A stretch of 64,000 nucleotides of DNA from NCBI GenBank assembly GCA_046530785.1, contig JBHEQT010000006.1, forward strand, positions 12,726 through 76,725, written 5' to 3'. Shown here in pieces: positions 12,637 through 23,809 of the stretch (its first letter is position 1; each line of letters starts with the position of its first letter). The stretch is from Arsenophonus sp. (GTDB taxonomy: Bacteria; Pseudomonadota; Gammaproteobacteria; Enterobacterales; Enterobacteriaceae). Both the position numbers and the translations under genes were made by a program. The notes below the pieces were generated by a model that worked only from the letters and a program-made list of their open reading frames with translations, did not search any database and was not told the DNA's origin.

Positions 12637-14087
12637 ATTACTTAATAAAAAATATATTTATAAAACCTGTAAATATAAGAATTGCAATAATTTCTATATC
12701 CTTAAAATCACTAAGAAGTGAAAATTATAGCAGATATATATCTTCTTTCTTGATTCTAATTAAGAAGATATTTCTTTTGGCATCAAAATAAAATTAATAA
12801 TTTTATAAAAAATTGATCATTATTTAATATTTATATGTTTTATATAGATAAAAAATTCTAATGTTGGCAACAGACTAGGAATTAAATAGGTTATTCTCAG
12901 TTCCATATAATTATGGATAGAAATTATATCAGTATTCTTATATTTATTTTTCAATGACTCATTGACAATTAAGCAGTAAAATAATCACTGTTTTTTCAAA
13001 AAGTGATTAGAAATAATGAAATCAGGGTTATGATTATTTGAATAAATAAGATATGAAATGTTCGATTTATTTTTTTGTTTTATGAAAAAATCTTTAATTA
13101 TCAATGGATAGTATCGTTTTTAGAGATTGAAATTTCGATATCTTTAAGAAAATACATTTTTGAAAAAATAAAAAGAATTATATATTAAATTATTATTTAT
13201 ATAGATCAATAGATTACGATTTTCAATAAATATATAATAAAAATTATATTTTTATAGTATTCTCTAGAGTTAGATGGATCATTAATTTGATCAAATTGAA
13301 ATAAATATAGCATGGAAAATAAATATTAAATCAGGAAGAGATGATTGGATGATATATCAGTTACATTTTAGAAATAATTTTAATTTGATGAAAATACGAA
13401 CCTTTTCTTTCTGATTAAAATATTTTTATTTCTTTTATTAAAAACCTTCTAATAATTAGAAATTAAAATAAAATAAATCTAAAACCTTATTTTTTCATAG
13501 ATTAAATAAGTTCAGAATCTTTTTTTTCAAAAAATATTTATCTATAATTATATTATCTTTAGTTAATGCAGAAGTATGATTTAAAAGGAAAAAAAGTTAC
13601 TACTTAAATAATATTATCAATTTTCAAAAAGAAATAGACTTGGATAGTTAACATAGAAATGGGAAGATCTAATTAAAATTTTTGCGTTTATTTGTATGAA
13701 TTTTATAAAATAATTTATATAAATAAAAATGAAAAAACATAATACTTCATTTTTATTTTAAAAAATTCTTGATGGATTTTTTCTTAAAAAATAGAAAAAA
13801 TTTTAATAAAAGAATATTAAATTAATGCTATTTACATAATTTTTTAAAAGATTAGTAATCTTTATATTTAAAATACTTTATTTGTAATAAATCACTAATA
13901 TTTTTTACTCGAAATATAAAATAAGAAAATATTAAAAATTAATTTATAGCTAATCTTTTAATTAATTAAAAGAATTTAATCACAAAAATTATTTATCTAT
14001 GAGTAAAAAATATAGAAAAAACGTTTGATATTTTATCAAATATTAAAAAATTTATTAATTTTTATAAAGATACTTTGGAAGAGATAA

Positions 14088-15221
14088 GTGAAAATATTGA
14101 TTGATGAAAATATTCCTTACGCAAAACAATTATTTCAGAAAATTTGTGAAGTTAAGATAGTTTCTGGGCGTTCAATTTTATCTTCAGACCTAACAACAAT
14201 AGATGCTTTAATAGTACGTTCTGTTACTCAAGTAAATGAAACATTACTAAAAGAGAGCAAAATAAAATTTGTTGGTACTGCAACCTCCGGATTTGATCAT
14301 GTAGATAGGAAATGGTTACTGCAAAAAGGAATTTTTTTTTCTGCCGCACCGGGTTGTAATTCAACGGCAGTGGTAGAATATATTTTTTCTTCTTTGTTGT
14401 TAGTGGCTGAAAATGATTGCTTTGATTTGCGAGAAAAAACAATTGGTATCGTTGGGGTTGGTAACATTGGTAGTCGTCTTAATGCAGCTTTAAAATGCTG
14501 GGGTGTTAACACGTTACTTTGTGATCCGCCTCGTGCAGACGCTGGTGATAATACTGAAAAATTTTATTCACTAGAAAAATTAATTAGTGAGGCTGATATC
14601 TTGACTTTTCATGTTCCTTTAAATAAGTTCGGACGTTATTCATCTTATCATTTATTAAATGAAGAGTTGTTTGCTTCTATTCCGTCAGGACGTATATTGT
14701 TAAATACTAGCAGAGGAGAACTTATTGATGATCAGGAGTTATTAAAAGCATTAGAAAGAGGTAAGAAAATCGATGTTATATTAGATGTTTGGAAAGATGA
14801 ACCTATTATCTCATTACCTTTATTAGCTAAAGTTAGGATTGGTTCTCCACATATTGCTGGTTATTCCCTTGAAGGTAAAGCGCGAGGTACCACTCAGATT
14901 TTTAATATATTTAGTGAATTTTTAGGGAAATCGCATAAAATAAACATAGATGATTTATTACCTATCTCTAAGTTTAATGAACTTAGTTTTTATGGTAAAT
15001 TAACACAAGCAAATTTAAAGTCTTTAGTGCATTTAATTTATGACGTAAGAAATGACGATAAATCATTAAGAAATGTTGCTCATATTCCCGGAAAGTTTGA
15101 TTATTTACGTAAATATTATCCAGAACGACGTGAATGGTCATCTCTTAAAATAAATTGTAATAATCTAGATACAGCTAATATCTTAAAAGGATTAGGTTTC
15201 AATGTACAAAAATTAATTTAA
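14088..15221 (+). CDS. pdxB: Erythronate-4-phosphate dehydrogenase (vitamin B6 synthesis)
   Basis: Intact 377-aa ORF with GTG start, MKILIDENIPYA, GIVGVGNIG, DVWKDEP, PHIAGYSLEGKARGT and YPERREWSSL. Confidence 0.97.
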   Translation: MKILIDENIPYAKQLFQKICEVKIVSGRSILSSDLTTIDALIVRSVTQVNETLLKESKIKFVGTATSGFDHVDRKWLLQKGIFFSAAPGCNSTAVVEYIFSSLLLVAENDCFDLREKTIGIVGVGNIGSRLNAALKCWGVNTLLCDPPRADAGDNTEKFYSLEKLISEADILTFHVPLNKFGRYSSYHLLNEELFASIPSGRILLNTSRGELIDDQELLKALERGKKIDVILDVWKDEPIISLPLLAKVRIGSPHIAGYSLEGKARGTTQIFNIFSEFLGKSHKINIDDLLPISKFNELSFYGKLTQANLKSLVHLIYDVRNDDKSLRNVAHIPGKFDYLRKYYPERREWSSLKINCNNLDTANILKGLGFNVQKLI

Positions 15222-15249
15222 ACTTAAAGTGCTTAGAAAATTTGAAATT

Positions 15250-16280
15250 CTATAATAATAGAAAGTTGAATCAAAAATTTATTAGATATAGCAAATTTTT
15301 CAAGTGGAAATCCGTATTTAAATTTATTATAAAAATCTTAGTTTAATTTTGATAAAACTTATATTATCTGAATAAATAAAAACAATATCAGAAAAATAAT
15401 ATTTATTATAATAAATAAAAGACTCTATTATGGATCTATAATTATTTTTTGATAAAAGTATAGATATTTTTACTTCTAAAAAACTTTTCTTATTATTCAA
15501 AATAAAGTAACCAGAAAATAGTTATTTTATTTTTTAAAATAGTAGTTTTTATATATAAAAATATATCCGATTAATCGTTTTAAACTAGATTATTTATCAA
15601 TGTTATTTCCTGATTACCCTTACCACCCATGATCGTAAGATCATTTTATTTTATGATATAACTATCAGAAGATTATTATTCCTTTATTAATTTATTAAAT
15701 TAATATTCCTTGAATTAATCGCTTATATTAATGAAATTATTTTTTTGTTTTAAAGTATGTTATAAAAATGAAAATGGGATGATTTTCTATTAATAAATAA
15801 GTTTTCTTATTAAATGGGATAACATTTAATTTATTAAAATATTAATAAATGATAATATAAAATTTATGGTGAAAGGGAAAGTTTAGTTGGTCAATTGAAT
15901 ATATAGATTTGTTAGAATAATGAATTATTAATATTTATCAAATATTTATAATTGCTTCGTTTATGCTAATTCAACAAGTAGATTATATAAAAATATTATG
16001 TATAATTAAGTACAATAATAAAAAACTAGAAAAAAATTACTTAATTTAATGGATATTTACAATATTACAGAAAATATTTTTCAATTCAAGTAACAGATGT
16101 GCTTCAAATAGTGATCTGATTAAGTATTAGTTATAATTATAATGGTTATGGAACAATTTTAAATATTACATTTTCGTTGATTACTAATTATTTAATTTAA
16201 TAGTAGTTAAATATGAATAGAAATCTCGAAGCGATTAATGAATAAATAAATAATATTAATATTTAGAAAAGTGAAATTTT
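15250..16280 (+). pseudogene. usg: Eroded aspartate-semialdehyde dehydrogenase-like Usg
   Basis: FSSGNPYL (~FPVGEIYAL), KSLVGQ (~DALAGQ) and NGYGT (~NDYGM). Occupies the pdxB-truA gap at the expected length. Confidence 0.5.
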
Positions 16281-16286
16281 GTACAA

Positions 16287-17078
16287 ATGAATAAAATTGC
16301 GTTAGGTGTTGAATATAGTGGAAGTAATTATTATGGTTGGCAACGTCAACAACAGGTAAAAAGTATTCAATCTTGTTTAGAGTTTGCATTAACTAAAATT
16401 GCGAATGAGTCTATTCAAGTTTATTGTGCTGGACGTACTGATGCAGGTGTGCATGCTACAGGTCAAGTAATCCACTTTGACACATCCGTTATACGTAAAG
16501 ATTCTGCCTGGACGATAGGTGTTAACAGTTATTTACCTTCTGATATCGTCGTACATTGGAGCAAAATTGTTACATCAGATTTTCATGCTCGTTTTAGTGC
16601 TATTGCACGTCAATATCGTTATATTATTTTTAATCATTGTTATCGACCAGTAATATTAGCAGCAGGCGTTACACACTATCATGCACCATTAAATGCTGAG
16701 AGAATGCATACTGCAGCTCAGTCACTAGTTGGGGAGCACGATTTTACTTCATTCAGATCTATTAACTGTCAATCTAAATCACCTTTTCGTAATATAATGT
16801 ATGTTCATGTAAATCGTTACGGTAAATATATTGTGATTGATATTAAAGCTAATTCTTTTGTTTATCATATGGTACGAAATATTGTCGGTAGTTTACTTTC
16901 AATAGGATCTGGTAATCAAAATATTAGCTGGATAGAAGAGCTTTTAGAATTAAAAGATAGAAAAAAGGCGTCAATAACCGCAAAAGCAGAAGGACTTTAC
17001 TTGGTTTCTGTCGATTATCCCTCAAAATATAAACTACCTAAGAAGAACATAGGAAATTTTTTTTTATTAGAAGAATAA
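16287..17078 (+). CDS. truA: tRNA pseudouridine(38-40) synthase
   Basis: Intact 263-aa ORF with [20 protein letters not shown] and HMVRNIVG. Confidence 0.98.
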   Translation: MNKIALGVEYSGSNYYGWQRQQQVKSIQSCLEFALTKIANESIQVYCAGRTDAGVHATGQVIHFDTSVIRKDSAWTIGVNSYLPSDIVVHWSKIVTSDFHARFSAIARQYRYIIFNHCYRPVILAAGVTHYHAPLNAERMHTAAQSLVGEHDFTSFRSINCQSKSPFRNIMYVHVNRYGKYIVIDIKANSFVYHMVRNIVGSLLSIGSGNQNISWIEELLELKDRKKASITAKAEGLYLVSVDYPSKYKLPKKNIGNFFLLEE

Positions 17079-17099
17079 AATTTAATTTTTTGTTTAATT

Positions 17100-17780
17100 A
17101 CAAACTGCTATAAGCTATATTAAACTATTGATTTTTATAGAAATTGAATTTTATTTATATGAAATAGTTTCTAAGTATAGAATTTAGCTATACTTCATTT
17201 TATTTTTAATAGGTTTTTTCTAAAACTGAATTCATTATTTACTACTTTTAGTAAGTGATTTCCTATTATTTATTATTGGTGCATTAAAATAACTAGAAAG
17301 TGATAATCTAGATATTCATTTTAATTTAGTACTAATAATTATTGCTTACGATTATTGGTGATAAAGTTTAGTTATAATATTTGTCACTTTATTCACTGAT
17401 CATTTGTTTAGTAATTCTAATTCAAGAATTTTTGTCTATTTATTTTGAAAAATAGATTTTTTATGAAAAATAGAGACAAAACGATTATTTTTAACTAAAT
17501 TTATATTTTTTATTAAAAAATTTATTTCAATTCTTACAAAATTGAGAAGAATATAATATCTTTATTTTACTTTTTTAAAATGTAATATTAGAGAGATTAT
17601 TACTTCTTCGTATTATTTTATTTATATGTAGATTATATTTTAGTAATTTACTAACTTTCAAGAAAGTTTAAAATCATTATTTATTTTAATTTCTATTCTT
17701 CTAGTATAATATAAGATATGTACGCTATCATTAAGTATTTTTAAAAGAAAACAGTTTCTTAAAAACATTAAATAATTTTT
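17100..17780 (+). pseudogene. dedA: Eroded DedA-family membrane protein
   Basis: FSKTEFIIYYFLVSDFLLFIIGALK*LESDNLDIH resembles [35 protein letters not shown]; also IGDKV, FSNSNSRIF and FYEK..KTII. Confidence 0.8.
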
Positions 17781-17883
17781 ATCTTATAATGTTTAGTAAA
17801 TTTTATTCAGTATTCTTTAGTATTTAGTTAATTATTAATATAATAATAAGATTGATAATCTAGTTTCCAATAAAGGGCTATTA

Positions 17884-18831
17884 ATGAGCTGGATTGAAAA
17901 GATTCTTAATAAAAGAAATATTATAAAGACTCGCAAAGCGAATATTCCTGAAGGAATTTGGACAAAATGTGATAGTTGCGGACAAATATTATATTATCCT
18001 GAATTAGAAAGTAATTTATTTGTATGCTCAAGATGTGATTTTCATATGCGTATTTCAGCCCGTCAACGTCTAGCTTCTTTTCTTGATCAAGGAACTATGA
18101 ATGAATTAGGTAGTGAATTAGAACCTAAAGATATTTTGAAATTTCGTGATTCAAAAAAATATAAAGATCGCATATTATCGGCACAAAAAATAACAAATGA
18201 AAAAGATGCTTTAATCGTGATGAAAGGAATGCTTAAAGGTATGCCAGTTATTGCAGCAGCTTTTGAATTTGCTTTTATGGGAGGATCAATGGCTTCGGTT
18301 GTTGGTGCTCGTTTTGTTCGTGCGGGTGAAAAATCATTGGAAGATAATTGTCCATTAGTTTGTTTTTCTGCCAGTGGTGGTGCTCGTATGCAAGAAGCAT
18401 TAATTTCGTTGATGCAAATGGCAAAGACTAGTGCCGTACTGGCAAAATTGCAAGAAAGAGGAGTTCCTTATATTTCAGTACTTACGAATCCAACCATGGG
18501 TGGTGTATCAGCAAGTTTAGGTATGTTAGGAGATATTAATATTGCCGAACCTAAAGCTCTGATTGGCTTTGCTGGTCCGAGAATTATTGAACAAACTATG
18601 CATGAAAAATTACCAGTAGGTTTTCAAAGAAGTGAATTCCTAATTGAAAAAGGTACAATTGATATAATTATGAGACGGACTGAAATGAGGGATAAATTAT
18701 CCGAAATACTATCTATTTTAACTCAACAGACTGCTCGAAATATAAATCAAATTGATACCACTACTTTAATTCAAGGTAATCTGGAGAAAAAGTGTTGTGA
18801 AAAACACAAAATTAACAACAAATCTGATTAA
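17884..18831 (+). CDS. accD: Acetyl-CoA carboxylase carboxyltransferase beta subunit
   Basis: Intact 315-aa ORF with zinc finger WTKCDSC...[23 protein letters not shown] and [11 protein letters not shown]. Confidence 0.98.
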   Translation: MSWIEKILNKRNIIKTRKANIPEGIWTKCDSCGQILYYPELESNLFVCSRCDFHMRISARQRLASFLDQGTMNELGSELEPKDILKFRDSKKYKDRILSAQKITNEKDALIVMKGMLKGMPVIAAAFEFAFMGGSMASVVGARFVRAGEKSLEDNCPLVCFSASGGARMQEALISLMQMAKTSAVLAKLQERGVPYISVLTNPTMGGVSASLGMLGDINIAEPKALIGFAGPRIIEQTMHEKLPVGFQRSEFLIEKGTIDIIMRRTEMRDKLSEILSILTQQTARNINQIDTTTLIQGNLEKKCCEKHKINNKSD

Positions 18832-20131
18832 AAATGAGAAGATATTTGATCATTTAATAGTACCAGAAAAAACTTCTTCTTTAACTACCTGGTTAAATTA
18901 TTTAACTAATCAACATATCAAAATTATTGATATGGGACTTGATCGGATTAGTTTTGTTGCTAAAAGATTAGATCTTTTAAATCCAGCCAAAAAAGTTATT
19001 ACTGTTGCAGGAACAAATGGTAAAGGAACTACCTGCCATATACTGGAATTAATTTTAATTGAAGCAGGATTAAAAGTTGGTGTTTATAGCTCTCCACATT
19101 TGCTGCATTATACTGAGCGTGTTAGGATTCAAGGTAAAATGTTATCTGAAAAGATATTTTGTAAAGTTTTTTCTGATATCGAATCTAAACGAGGTACAAC
19201 TACATTAACTTATTTTGAATATAGTACTTTAGCTGCTTTGAAGTTATTTAAACAAGCTAAACTTGATGTAGTTATTTTAGAAGTAGGTTTAGGTGGACGT
19301 TTAGATGCAACTAATATTGTGAATGCAAATATTTCTGCAATCACTACAATTGCATTAGATCATATTGATTCTCTTGGTAGTGATCGTGAGCAGATTGGTT
19401 ATGAAAAAGCGGGTATTTTTCGATCAGGACGCTACGCAGTTATAGGTGAACCAGATATTCCTAATTCGATTAATAAGGTTGCTCAAGATGTTGGAGCAGA
19501 GTTATTTCGTTGTGGGATAGATTGGAAATTTAAATCGCAGAATGATTATTGGCATTGGCAATCTCATGAAACTGAATTTAAGAAATTAATTTTTCCAAAA
19601 GTCCCATTATCAAATGCTGCAACAGCATTGGCAATTATCAATTGTTTAATCAAGGATCGTGATCCTATTATTCAAACTATATCAGAGCAAGATATTCAGA
19701 ATGGGCTTCTTAAAGCAAAATTACCAGGTCGTTTTGATATTATATGTAAGCAACCTTGTGTAATTTTAGATGTTGCGCATAATCCCCATGCAGCAGCTTA
19801 TTTAGCTGATAAAGTATCCCAATTACCAAAGAAAAAAAATACTAAAGTTTATGCAATTTTAGCTATGTTAACCGATAAAGATATAAAAAATACTTTATCT
19901 TATCTACTTCCTCAAGTTAATGAATGGTATCTTTCTTCACTAAGTGGGACACGTGGTGCTGATGTTGGACAATTAGCACAATATATTAATTCTTCATATC
20001 AATTAGATACTGTTAAAGATGCTTGGTTTCAGATAATGGAAAAAGTTAATAAACATGATATTGTTTTAGTTTTTGGCTCATTTCGTACCGTTGCTGAAGT
20101 TATGAAGTTGCAGATAAAAAGGAGAATTTAG
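18797..20131 (+). CDS. folC: Bifunctional dihydrofolate synthase/folylpolyglutamate synthase (start codon uncertain: GTG 18797 or ATA 18842)
   Basis: [43 protein letters not shown] and VFGSF motifs. Confidence 0.97.
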   Translation: MKNTKLTTNLIKNEKIFDHLIVPEKTSSLTTWLNYLTNQHIKIIDMGLDRISFVAKRLDLLNPAKKVITVAGTNGKGTTCHILELILIEAGLKVGVYSSPHLLHYTERVRIQGKMLSEKIFCKVFSDIESKRGTTTLTYFEYSTLAALKLFKQAKLDVVILEVGLGGRLDATNIVNANISAITTIALDHIDSLGSDREQIGYEKAGIFRSGRYAVIGEPDIPNSINKVAQDVGAELFRCGIDWKFKSQNDYWHWQSHETEFKKLIFPKVPLSNAATALAIINCLIKDRDPIIQTISEQDIQNGLLKAKLPGRFDIICKQPCVILDVAHNPHAAAYLADKVSQLPKKKNTKVYAILAMLTDKDIKNTLSYLLPQVNEWYLSSLSGTRGADVGQLAQYINSSYQLDTVKDAWFQIMEKVNKHDIVLVFGSFRTVAEVMKLQIKRRI

Positions 20132-20749
20132 GTGAGCAATAATTTTCAAATTCGATTAGTGAAACCGATTGTTGTTATTACTATTAGCATTATTGTATTA
20201 TTCTTATTATTTGATAAAAATAAGAAACATAATAAGATTGAATTTGAAGAGTTTTCCTTAATTCCTAAGGATAGAAGTATATATAAAATTGAACCTATTT
20301 CTTTAATTAATGCTAAAACAGTAGCAATATCTTTAGAAAAAGATGAGGAAGGAATTATCTCTAATAACGTTTCTAATTTGAAAGACAAATTGGAAAATAA
20401 TTTATCTTTTCAAGAAAAAAAAACTAAATCAGTAATAAAAATTGTTAAAAACAAAGAATTAATTCTAGAAAAAATTAATAAATTAAATAGAAAAATTAAA
20501 ATACCAAAAGGTCGAGCTTATGTTATTCAGTTGGGAGTACTTAAGAATATAGAAAAAGCGGAGGAAATTATTACAAAATTACGTTTTTCTGGTTATCAGG
20601 TTTATAGTAAACCATCATTACCAGTTAATGGTCAGTTGACACGAATTTTTATCGGACTAAACGCTTCGAGAGAAAAATTACAGTCTATTTTACCAAATCT
20701 GAAAAATTTAACTGGTTTACAAGGAATAATACAAAGTTATAAACCTTAA
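20132..20749 (+). CDS. dedD: Cell-division SPOR-domain protein DedD (highly diverged, K/N-rich linker)
   Basis: GTG start MSNNFQIRLV (~MASKFQNRLV), a transmembrane segment, and C-terminal SPOR domain KGRAYVIQLGVLKN...KLRFSGY. Syntenic. Confidence 0.88.
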   Translation: MSNNFQIRLVKPIVVITISIIVLFLLFDKNKKHNKIEFEEFSLIPKDRSIYKIEPISLINAKTVAISLEKDEEGIISNNVSNLKDKLENNLSFQEKKTKSVIKIVKNKELILEKINKLNRKIKIPKGRAYVIQLGVLKNIEKAEEIITKLRFSGYQVYSKPSLPVNGQLTRIFIGLNASREKLQSILPNLKNLTGLQGIIQSYKP

Positions 20750-20835
20750 AATAGATGTATTAATAGAAAAATATTTGATATTAAATAGTTAATATAATTA
20801 TTTAATATCATTAATTTATTTCATAGGAATAGTTA

Positions 20836-20868
20836 ACATAAACATTTCTATTTTTATAGAATGTATTT
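20836..20868 (+). promoter_or_regulatory. cvpA-purF promoter: degenerate PurR box and TAGAAT -10
   Basis: ACATAAACATTTCTAT at 20836-20851 versus the E. coli box ACGCAAACGTTTTCTT (recalled; 10/16, central CG lost), followed by TAGAAT. Confidence 0.4.
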
Positions 20869-20904
20869 AATAAAATTAATGTTTATTTTTTTTGGATTAA
20901 AATT

Positions 20905-21384
20905 ATGGTTTGGATTGATTATATTATTATTGCTATCATTAGTTTTTCTACTTTAGTTAGTTCAATTCGTGGTTTTGTACGAGAATCTCTATCACTTATT
21001 ACTTTAAGTTGTGCTTTTTTTATTTCTATCAAATTTTATCCTTATATGGCAACACATCTTACTAGTTTCAACGATATGTTAATTAGGAATGGTATTGCCA
21101 TTTTGATTTTGTTTATCTCAATTTTAATTATAGGCGCTATAGTTAATTACATGATTAGTTCTTTAGTTGAGAGAACTGCATTATCTAGCACTGATCGCTT
21201 ATTAGGTATATGTTTTGGTATATTTCGCGGTATATTGATAGCATCTATAATTTTGTTTTTTCTGAATACTTTTACACCTTTGCCAAAAACTGAAAATTGG
21301 CAACACTCTGAATTAATACCTAAATTTAATAGTATGATTAAATTAGTTTTAAATTTTTTAAAAAATGCCTCAAGTTCTTATTAG
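20905..21384 (+). CDS. cvpA: Colicin V production membrane protein CvpA
   Basis: MVWIDYIIIAII.FS.LVS.IRGFVRE.LSL and LSSTDRLLGICFG; directly upstream of purF. Confidence 0.95.
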   Translation: MVWIDYIIIAIISFSTLVSSIRGFVRESLSLITLSCAFFISIKFYPYMATHLTSFNDMLIRNGIAILILFISILIIGAIVNYMISSLVERTALSSTDRLLGICFGIFRGILIASIILFFLNTFTPLPKTENWQHSELIPKFNSMIKLVLNFLKNASSSY

Positions 21385-21421
21385 AAAACATCACCAGATT
21401 AGATGATGAGGAAAAGTAGAG

Positions 21422-22933
21422 ATGTGCGGTATTGTCGGTATTGCTGGTTTTACACCAGTTAATCAATCAATTTATGATGCACTAATAATGCTTCAACATC
21501 GTGGACAAGATGCTACAGGCATTGCAACAATTGATGAAAATAATCAATTTCGTTTGCGAAAATCAAATGGTTTAGTAAAAGATGTATTTACTGCTCGCCA
21601 TATGCTTTGTTTACGTGGGAAGATGGGAATTGGTCATGTTCGCTATTCAACTGCTGGTAGTTTTAGTGCTTCTGAAGCACAACCTTTTTATGTTAATTCC
21701 CCTTTTGGTATTACGTTAAGCCACAATGGTAATTTAACTAATGCGCATGAGTTAAGAAAAACTCTATTTGAAACAGCTCGTCGTCATGTAAATACTTATT
21801 CTGACTCAGAAGTTTTGCTCAATGCTCTTGCTTATGAACTTGATCAATTTGATCATTTTCCTTTGACTGCAGAAGATATTTTTAGTGCTATTTCTGCAAT
21901 GCACAATAAAGTTCGTGGTGCTTATGCTTGTGTAGCAATGATTATTGGTCATGGTTTAGTTGCGTTTCGTGACCCGTTTGGTATTCGTCCTTTAGTACTT
22001 GGTAATCGAATATTAAAAAAAGGTCAAAATGAATACATGGTTGCTTCTGAAAGTGTTGCTTTAGATACACTTGGTTTTGAATTTTTGCGTGATGTAGCTC
22101 CAGGTGAAGTGATTTATATTACTGAACATGGTCAACTTTTTACGCATCAATGTGCAAAAAATCCAAAATTAGTTCCTTGTTTATTTGAATTTGTCTATTT
22201 AGCCAGACCAGATTCTTTTATCGATAAAATTTCGGTTAATAAGGCTCGTTTGCGAATGGGACAAAAATTAGGTGCAAAAATTGCTCGCGAATGGCAGAAT
22301 TTGAAGATTGATGTTGTGATTCCGATTCCTGAAACTTCCTGTGATAGTGCATTAGAAATCGCTTATATTTTAAATAAACCTTATCGTCAAGGTTTTGTTA
22401 AGAATCCTTATGTTGGTCGTATTTTTATAATGCCAGAACAGAAAGAAAGACGTAAATTAGTACGTCGTAAGCTGAATGTGAATCGAGCAGAATTCAGAGA
22501 TAAAAATGTTTTATTAGTCGATGACTCCATCGTGAGGGGAACAACTTCTGAACAAATTATTGAATTAGCTCGTGAAGCAGGGGCAAAAAAAGTCTATTTT
22601 GCTTCAGCATCACCAGAAGTTCGTTTTCCTAACGTTTATGGTATTGATATACCATCTTCCAATGAATTGATTGCTCATGGACGTGAAATAGATGAAATTT
22701 GTAAACTTATTGGTGCGGATAATTTAATTTTTCAAGATCTTACTGATTTAATTGCCGCAGTTAGAGAAGAAAATTTAGATATAACTACCTTTGAATGTTC
22801 AGTTTTTAATGGTATTTATGTTACTAAGGATGTTGATCAATCTTATTTAAATTATTTAAAAAATTTCCGAAAGGAAAATCAGTTCCAAGCATATAATGAA
22901 ATTGAGAATCTGGAAATTTATAACGAAGGTTAA
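21422..22933 (+). CDS. purF: Amidophosphoribosyltransferase
   Basis: MCGIVG (catalytic Cys2), QHRGQD, HNGNL, and PRPP motif [14 protein letters not shown]. Confidence 0.98.
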   Translation: MCGIVGIAGFTPVNQSIYDALIMLQHRGQDATGIATIDENNQFRLRKSNGLVKDVFTARHMLCLRGKMGIGHVRYSTAGSFSASEAQPFYVNSPFGITLSHNGNLTNAHELRKTLFETARRHVNTYSDSEVLLNALAYELDQFDHFPLTAEDIFSAISAMHNKVRGAYACVAMIIGHGLVAFRDPFGIRPLVLGNRILKKGQNEYMVASESVALDTLGFEFLRDVAPGEVIYITEHGQLFTHQCAKNPKLVPCLFEFVYLARPDSFIDKISVNKARLRMGQKLGAKIAREWQNLKIDVVIPIPETSCDSALEIAYILNKPYRQGFVKNPYVGRIFIMPEQKERRKLVRRKLNVNRAEFRDKNVLLVDDSIVRGTTSEQIIELAREAGAKKVYFASASPEVRFPNVYGIDIPSSNELIAHGREIDEICKLIGADNLIFQDLTDLIAAVREENLDITTFECSVFNGIYVTKDVDQSYLNYLKNFRKENQFQAYNEIENLEIYNEG

Positions 22934-23029
22934 ATTATTTTTATGTTTTGACTTAATTTAGATTTAATTGAATATCGTTAAGCCTATAATATATAAAATT
23001 TATTTAATAGTTATTATTGAGCGAAAATA

Positions 23030-23605
23030 ATGCAGAAAATAATTATTGGATTAACAGGCGCTAGTGGTGTGATTTATGGTATTCGTTTACTTGAGGTTTT
23101 GCGTAATATTGGTGATATTGAAACTCATTTAATTATTAGTTCAGCTGCAAAGAAAACATTAGGATTAGAAACAATTTATACCTTACGTGATGTTCAAGCA
23201 ATGGCAGGTGTTGTTTATGATAATAGGGATATTGCTGCAGCAATATCTTCTGGTTCATTTATTACTTCTGGTATGATTATTATGCCTTGTTCAATAAAAA
23301 CATTATCTGGTATTGCTAATAGTTATAATGATACGTTAATTACACGATCGGCTGATGTAATTTTAAAAGAAAAACGTAAATTAATATTGGGCATCAGGGA
23401 AACACCTTTACATATAGGTCATTTAAAATTAATGATGAATCTTATAGAGATTGGCGCGATAATTTTTCCACCAATGCCTGCTTTTTATCATAAACCAAAA
23501 ACAATACAAGATATTATCGATCAAACAGTTAATCGCATATTGGATCAGTATGGTATAAGTATGATTATATCAAAAAATTTATTTACTCGTTGGACAGGAT
23601 TTTAA
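23030..23605 (+). CDS. ubiX: Flavin prenyltransferase UbiX
   Basis: IIGLTGASGVIYG, PCSIKTLSGIA, RETPL and PPMPAFY. Confidence 0.96.
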   Translation: MQKIIIGLTGASGVIYGIRLLEVLRNIGDIETHLIISSAAKKTLGLETIYTLRDVQAMAGVVYDNRDIAAAISSGSFITSGMIIMPCSIKTLSGIANSYNDTLITRSADVILKEKRKLILGIRETPLHIGHLKLMMNLIEIGAIIFPPMPAFYHKPKTIQDIIDQTVNRILDQYGISMIISKNLFTRWTGF

Positions 23606-23809
23606 GGTAATTATTCATTTTATAATAAATTTAAATAATGATTTTAACATTTTTAGTTTTAAATTGAATTAAATTATTTTTTAATAAAATTAATAATATT
23701 TTTTATTTAAACATAATAAAAATATAGTATTTTTTTTATTAATTAATTTTAAAAATAAATTTTTTATAGTTCTATCATAATTAGATAATAATTAAAATTT
23801 TTTCAGAAA

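Noticed and set aside
14224-14512. Short minus-strand ORFs 14224-14442 and 14297-14512
   Set aside because: Antisense shadows of intact pdxB with no recognisable motifs.
16207-16389. Minus-strand ORF of 60 aa
   Set aside because: Antisense to the truA 5' end; low-complexity product.
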